DNA of 64,000 bases from Candidatus Bathyarchaeia archaeon (GTDB taxonomy: Archaea; Thermoproteota; Bathyarchaeia; Bathyarchaeales; Bathycorpusculaceae). The position numbers were made by a program, and so were the translations under genes. The stretch lies in contig JAVZLM010000007.1 of assembly GCA_038883775.1 (NCBI GenBank), positions 32,001 through 96,000 of the forward strand. The letters run 5' to 3'. Below, piece after piece: positions 59,521 to 64,000 of the stretch (the first letter of the stretch is position 1; the number at the start of each line of letters is the position of its first letter). The notes under the pieces are model-generated. The model saw only the letters and a program-made list of their open reading frames with translations, made no database searches and had not been told where the DNA came from.

Positions 59521-60288
59521 ATGGCTGTATCTCCAAGCGTTAGAGAAGTTCTTGCAAGGAGAATCGCAGGAGAAATAATCCTATCAAACAAGCCAGGCGC
59601 CACCATGCGAAAATGGCGGGAACTTTTTGCTGTGTCGCAAACTAGTCTTTCAGATAAGATGGTTATAGCGCCTTCAGTTATTAGCGATTACGAGAGCGGG
59701 AGGCGTGAGAGCCCAGGCACAAAGTTTGTTAGAAGGTTTGTTTGGGCATTATTGAAGATTGACGAAGAACGGGGAAGCCGTTTCATCCGTGAGTTTGCAA
59801 AGCTGACAAGTTCGCCGAGTGTTGCTATACTGGACCTTAGGGAATTTCCCATACCAGTTCGCATTGAATACTTGTGCAAAGCCATAAAAGGCGAGATAGT
59901 CGCATGTGCAAGCACATTTGTTAAAGAGGTTTATGGTTACACTGTTATTGACGAGAAGAGGGCTATTGAAACTCTTTCGGGCTTGGAGTACTCGCAACTT
60001 TTTGGTGCAACAACAGAGCGGGCACTTGTTTTTACAAATATTGGAAATGAGAATTCGCCCATGCTTATTGTGCGTTTGAACAATTTGAAGCCGCGGGTTG
60101 TGGTTTTCCAAGGCGCCAAACCAGACGAACATTCAATTAGACTAGCGGAGTATGACCGCATTCCACTCATATATTCTAGTTTGCCAACCGTTGAGCAATT
60201 GATTAAATCCTTAAGAAAGCTTTATCGGATTGCGCTTCGCAGAAAACTTGGCAAACCAGTTCGGCCGCCCCCAAAAATAAGTGCATAA
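59521..60288 (+). CDS. XRE-type HTH transcriptional regulator, archaeal conserved family
   Basis: IAGEIILS...MRKWRELF...SVISDYESGRR.SPG; YGYTVID; GATTERALVFT. Confidence 0.9.
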   Translation: MAVSPSVREVLARRIAGEIILSNKPGATMRKWRELFAVSQTSLSDKMVIAPSVISDYESGRRESPGTKFVRRFVWALLKIDEERGSRFIREFAKLTSSPSVAILDLREFPIPVRIEYLCKAIKGEIVACASTFVKEVYGYTVIDEKRAIETLSGLEYSQLFGATTERALVFTNIGNENSPMLIVRLNNLKPRVVVFQGAKPDEHSIRLAEYDRIPLIYSSLPTVEQLIKSLRKLYRIALRRKLGKPVRPPPKISA

Positions 60289-60304
60289 TGAGCGCGCATT
60301 GTTC

Positions 60305-61216
60305 ATGATTAAGGTTGGCTGTTGCGGCTTTCCCACGTCAATGAAAAAGTATTATGAAAACTTTAACCTTGTAGAGTTGAACAGCACATTTTATCAATAT
60401 CCACGCATGGAAACCGTTGAAGGCTGGCGAAAGAAAGCACCAGAAACTTTCGAGTTCACAGTAAAAGCTCATCAAGACATAAGCCACAAAGAAAAAATGA
60501 AACCCACCGACGCATGTCTTCAAGCTTTCGAAAAAATGAAAAAAATCTGTAAAACTCTAAATTCAAAGATACTGCTGGTTCAGACACCCGGTTCCTTCAG
60601 ACCAGAAAAGCTTGATGATGCAGAAAAATTTTTCAAAGAAGCAAATCGCGAAGGCTTGGTTTTAGTTTGGGAGACTCGTGGACCAGCTTGGGAAACTCCA
60701 GAAACATACGAGAGACTTAGGAGGGTTTTAGAGGGGGTTAATGTTTCGCATGTGACTGATCCGTTTAGGGTTATGCCAGCTTATGTTAGTAAAATAGCTT
60801 ATTTTAGGCTTCACGGGTTGGGCGAACAAATGTATTATTACCAGTATAGTAATGCAGAGTTGCAAAGGCTGAAGGAATCCATTACACCATACGAGAAGAA
60901 GAGAAAAGAGGTTTATGTTTTATTCAACAATCTTTCCATGTTTGAAGATGCAATACGCTTCAGAAAATATTTGGCTGAGGGAAAGTTTCCAAAAGTTACA
61001 AGTTTCACTGGTTTACAAGCATTAAGAGAAGTTTTAGCAAGGACACGTTATCCCATTTCAAAAAGCATGTTGATTAAGAAAGTGGGATGGAGGCTTGTGG
61101 AATTTGATGAGGGAAAACAGGAAAGGCTTGAAGCTTTTTTGGTTGATTTGCCTTCTAAGACATACAAAAATGTGGAAGAGCTTCTTAATGAAATAAAAGC
61201 CGTCAAGAAGATTTGA
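60305..61216 (+). CDS. DUF72-domain protein with a C-terminal extension
   Basis: VGCCGF, VELNSTFY, FTVKAHQ.ISH, WETRG, YFRLHG, YVLFNN. Confidence 0.9.
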   Translation: MIKVGCCGFPTSMKKYYENFNLVELNSTFYQYPRMETVEGWRKKAPETFEFTVKAHQDISHKEKMKPTDACLQAFEKMKKICKTLNSKILLVQTPGSFRPEKLDDAEKFFKEANREGLVLVWETRGPAWETPETYERLRRVLEGVNVSHVTDPFRVMPAYVSKIAYFRLHGLGEQMYYYQYSNAELQRLKESITPYEKKRKEVYVLFNNLSMFEDAIRFRKYLAEGKFPKVTSFTGLQALREVLARTRYPISKSMLIKKVGWRLVEFDEGKQERLEAFLVDLPSKTYKNVEELLNEIKAVKKI

Positions 61217-61808
61217 TTAACTCCCTTTTTTCGAGTTCACTCTTCAATTTTTGGAAATCGTTAGTTAGTTCTTTTTTGTATTTGGCGCTGTAAAGGGCTG
61301 CAGCTGGATGAAAAGTTGGAAAAATTGTTAGACGCATGTTTAAAAGTGATGCTTCGTAGGTTTTTCCATGTGCTTGTGTGATGCTGCTTAGGAACAAGCT
61401 AGCCTTTGAGAAGATATATGCAGTGGAATGATTCCCAAGAGTAACAATAAATTCGGGTTGAATCGCCAAAATCTGCCTATCCAAATAAGGTGTGCATGTT
61501 TGAATTTCTTTTGGCGTTGGTTCACGGTTTCTTGGCGGTCTACATTTTAGGATGTTGGCTATGAAAACATCCCCTCTCGAAAAGTCTAAATTGGCTAATA
61601 ATGTGTCAAGAAATTTTCCAGCAGCACCTACGAAGGGTCTTCCTTGAACGTCTTCCCAATAACCAGGCGCCTCACCAATAAACATTATTTTTGCATTCGG
61701 GTTGCCTTCGCCTGGAACAGCATTTTTACGAGTTTTATGTAAATTGCATTTTTTACAATCCAAGATTTCCATTGCTATTATTTCTAGCTGGTCTTTTTTG
61801 GTTAACAT
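61203..61808 (-). CDS. udg: Type-4 uracil-DNA glycosylase
   Basis: CKKCNL, VPGEG, IGEAPG, GRPFVGAAG, KCRPP.NR.P, FHPAAAL. Confidence 0.94.
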   Translation of the reverse strand: MLTKKDQLEIIAMEILDCKKCNLHKTRKNAVPGEGNPNAKIMFIGEAPGYWEDVQGRPFVGAAGKFLDTLLANLDFSRGDVFIANILKCRPPRNREPTPKEIQTCTPYLDRQILAIQPEFIVTLGNHSTAYIFSKASLFLSSITQAHGKTYEASLLNMRLTIFPTFHPAAALYSAKYKKELTNDFQKLKSELEKRELIKSS

Positions 61809-62029
61809 GATGTTGCTGACCTCCTTTTTCATATGTCTTATGGATCATGTGAATTTAAATTTGGTCGCGGTTGTAGCAACTAAGAACCCTAACAGGATAA
61901 TCGTCAAAAATCTAGGTAGGAAGGTTTAGAAAATACTAAATTGGAACTTCACCACCAACAAGATTAACATGAAAAAACCTAGAGGGTAGGGTCCGTATTG
62001 GTTGTTTTTAAATCCAAAAGTATGTTGTT

Positions 62030-62989
62030 TCAGCGCAGTTGTCTATTTAATGCCTCTTTAAGTGCTGGCAATATTTGGTATAAGTCGCCTACAACGCCAT
62101 AGTCTGCAACCTCAAATATGGGCGCATTCTCATCCTTGTTAATAGCCACTATCACCTTTGCGTCTCGGATTCCGGCTACGTGCTGTATTACGCCAGAAAT
62201 TCCGCATGCGATGTAAAGTTTCGGTTTAACTTTATGCCCTGACAATCCAACCCACTCTGTAAACCATTTTCTATCTTCGGCCAAAGGTCTCGTGTTGCCC
62301 ACTTGCCCGTTGAGGATTTTTGCCAATTCTTCCAGCAAGGCTGTGTCTTCTTTCTTTTCTAATCCCCTTCCGCAACTGACTATTACGTCAGCATCCTCAA
62401 TTCTTACAGCAGAAATTCCGAGAGGTTTAGTTTCGATGATTTCTGTTTTTGGCGCTTCAATTTTTGCTTCGAAATTTATTATTTGCCCGCTGCGGTCTTT
62501 TGGTTGAGGCTTTTCAAAGGTTCTTTGAGGTATTGTTGCTATTTGCGGTTTCGTTTTGTAGGTTAATTTTGCAGTGGCGTTTCCGCCGTAGGTTATTCTT
62601 TCGCATACAAGTCTTCCCTGTTCGTCAACACCTAGCCTATTGCAGTCTGGGATGCATCCAGTTTGGAGACGGGTTGCGAGTCTGGCTGCCAACGGTTTTC
62701 CATTTCTTGTGGAGCCAATTAACACTACTTCTGGTTTGTAGTTTACCACTAAACTATAAAGAATGCTGAGGTATGGTTCTGTTTGAAAATGGGTTAAGGT
62801 TTGATTTTCCACTACGAAAACTTTGTCCGCCCCATAGTTTATTAGCGCCTTTGCCTTTTCTTGAACACCATATCCGATCACAACAGCCGCCAATTCCTTT
62901 TGCAATTTATCCGCTATTTCTCTCCCTTTCCCGAGCATCTCCAGAGTCAAATCGTGCTTTTCAGAATAAACCAGAATCATGCCCTTCAC
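62030..62989 (-). CDS. etfA: Electron transfer flavoprotein alpha subunit
   Basis: VSCGRG, WVGLSGHKVKPKLYIACGISGVIQH, AINKDENAPIF. Confidence 0.94.
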   Translation of the reverse strand: MKGMILVYSEKHDLTLEMLGKGREIADKLQKELAAVVIGYGVQEKAKALINYGADKVFVVENQTLTHFQTEPYLSILYSLVVNYKPEVVLIGSTRNGKPLAARLATRLQTGCIPDCNRLGVDEQGRLVCERITYGGNATAKLTYKTKPQIATIPQRTFEKPQPKDRSGQIINFEAKIEAPKTEIIETKPLGISAVRIEDADVIVSCGRGLEKKEDTALLEELAKILNGQVGNTRPLAEDRKWFTEWVGLSGHKVKPKLYIACGISGVIQHVAGIRDAKVIVAINKDENAPIFEVADYGVVGDLYQILPALKEALNRQLR

Positions 62990-63780
62990 CTTCCAACAAC
63001 GCCTTCCTCAACCAACGCCTTAACCAGTTTTTCAGCAATTTCTTGTGGCGTTTCACCCGTTATCTTTATTTTTTTGCGTTCTGTTTTTGGAGCCAAAACT
63101 TCCATTACTTCAATCTTTGCATCCAAATTCTCTTTTTGAAGGTTTAAGTCTGCAGCTGTCCATGTTATTATTTCTTTTTTAGAAGCTTTCATAATCATCA
63201 TTAGCGAGGGAATTCTGGGCTGATTTATCTCTCTTGTAACCGAAACTAAAGCGGGCGTTTTCACTTTCACAGTTTCAACTGCTTCTTCAAGGGCTCTTTC
63301 TGCAATAATCACATCATTTTCAACGGAAATTTTTCTAACAGAACTCACATGCGCCAATCCCAAAAGCTCCGCCAATCTTGAACTGACAAGTCCAGAAAAA
63401 CTGTCAAGGGAAGTTTCGCCGCAAAGAATCAAGTCAAAGGCTCCAATTTTTTTGATGGCTCCTGCTAGAATATACGCTGTGCCCAAAGTGTCAACTTCTT
63501 TAAAAAGGGGGTCCATAACCATGTAAGCCTTGTCTGCTCCCATGGCTAGGGCTTCCCGCAAAACAGTTTTTGCATCTTCCGCTGTGACTGTTACCGTTAT
63601 TATTTCGATGTTGCCAATTTTCTCCTTAATCCTAATGGCTTCTTCTAAGGCGTTCTTGTCAAAATCGCTTATTTTTTTGGCTGCACCAGCCGTTATCAGC
63701 TGTCTTGTTGCTGGATCCACTTTTAATTGTGAAACGTCAATTGCTTGTTTTAGGCAAACAATTATTCTATTCAACAACAC
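62986..63780 (-). CDS. etfB: Electron transfer flavoprotein beta subunit
   Basis: IIVCLKQ, DKNALEEA, ALAMGAD, DTLGTA, INQPRIP. Confidence 0.94.
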   Translation of the reverse strand: MLLNRIIVCLKQAIDVSQLKVDPATRQLITAGAAKKISDFDKNALEEAIRIKEKIGNIEIITVTVTAEDAKTVLREALAMGADKAYMVMDPLFKEVDTLGTAYILAGAIKKIGAFDLILCGETSLDSFSGLVSSRLAELLGLAHVSSVRKISVENDVIIAERALEEAVETVKVKTPALVSVTREINQPRIPSLMMIMKASKKEIITWTAADLNLQKENLDAKIEVMEVLAPKTERKKIKITGETPQEIAEKLVKALVEEGVVGR

Positions 63781-63929
63781 TCACTTCTGACAGAGGTTAT
63801 TAGGAAACCTACAATTTCTAGCGCTTGTAAAAAACTTTTGCGCTCTAATTTTATCCTTTTAAAGGTAAATTTCGGCTGAACCGCGGATATGTATAAAAAC
63901 TTATTAGTATATGTTTTTTATGGTCTTTT

Positions 63930-64000
63930 ATGGAAGAAGCAAACATAGTCATTATAGGAGCTGGCATAGTTGGCTTAGCTGTGGCTGCAAAAATTTCTGA
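63930..64000 (+). CDS. FAD-dependent oxidoreductase, N-terminal fragment cut by the window edge
   Basis: MEEANIVIIGAGIVGLAVAAKIS, a Rossmann GxGxxG motif. Confidence 0.8.
   Translation, partial: MEEANIVIIGAGIVGLAVAAKIS

Noticed and set aside
61845-61975. Minus-strand hydrophobic stretch (LPRFLTIILLGFLVATTATKFKFT) resembling a decayed sorting tail
   Set aside because: It is short, interrupted by stops, and has no convincing start or upstream domain.
1-64000. Many 60-130 aa ORFs antisense to or nested within confident genes; CRISPR arrays, IS elements and integrases
   Set aside because: The nested ORFs are shadows without motifs. No repeat-spacer periodicity or recombinase/transposase signature was seen.

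Overview
AT-rich, gene-dense archaeal chromosome segment. Gene content and protein style suggest TACK, most likely Bathyarchaeia; this placement is an inference. Most of it is housekeeping: rpl7ae-rps28e-rpl24e, initiator tRNA-Met, mat, truD, pth2, cdc48, ef1b, fen, trpB2, glmS, trm5, fau-1, rtcA, guaAB, pyrF, udg and etfAB. Three things stand out. (1) The pcm gene (protein-L-isoaspartate O-methyltransferase) is interrupted by a 28-nt insert with an in-frame stop. The insert folds into a bulge-helix-bulge (BHB) motif, and cutting at the canonical sites exactly restores the conserved [10 protein letters not shown] motif, so it is a candidate tRNA-endonuclease-spliced mRNA intron. (2) A block of about 14 kb separates the normally adjacent Zn-ribbon (DUF1610) and ef1b genes. 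It holds an uncharacterised four-membrane-protein plus GlmL-like ATPase module with no glutamate mutase, two amidohydrolases, and a nucleotidyltransferase/metallophosphoesterase/APC permease trio. (3) There is an intergenic C/D-box guide sRNA that the ORF track does not show. Also present are an orphan arcadin-1 homologue, a possible lipid-modifying radical SAM enzyme and two frameshifted genes. No CRISPR array, rRNA, transposase or integrase was seen. All product calls come from motif recognition by eye; no database search was run.
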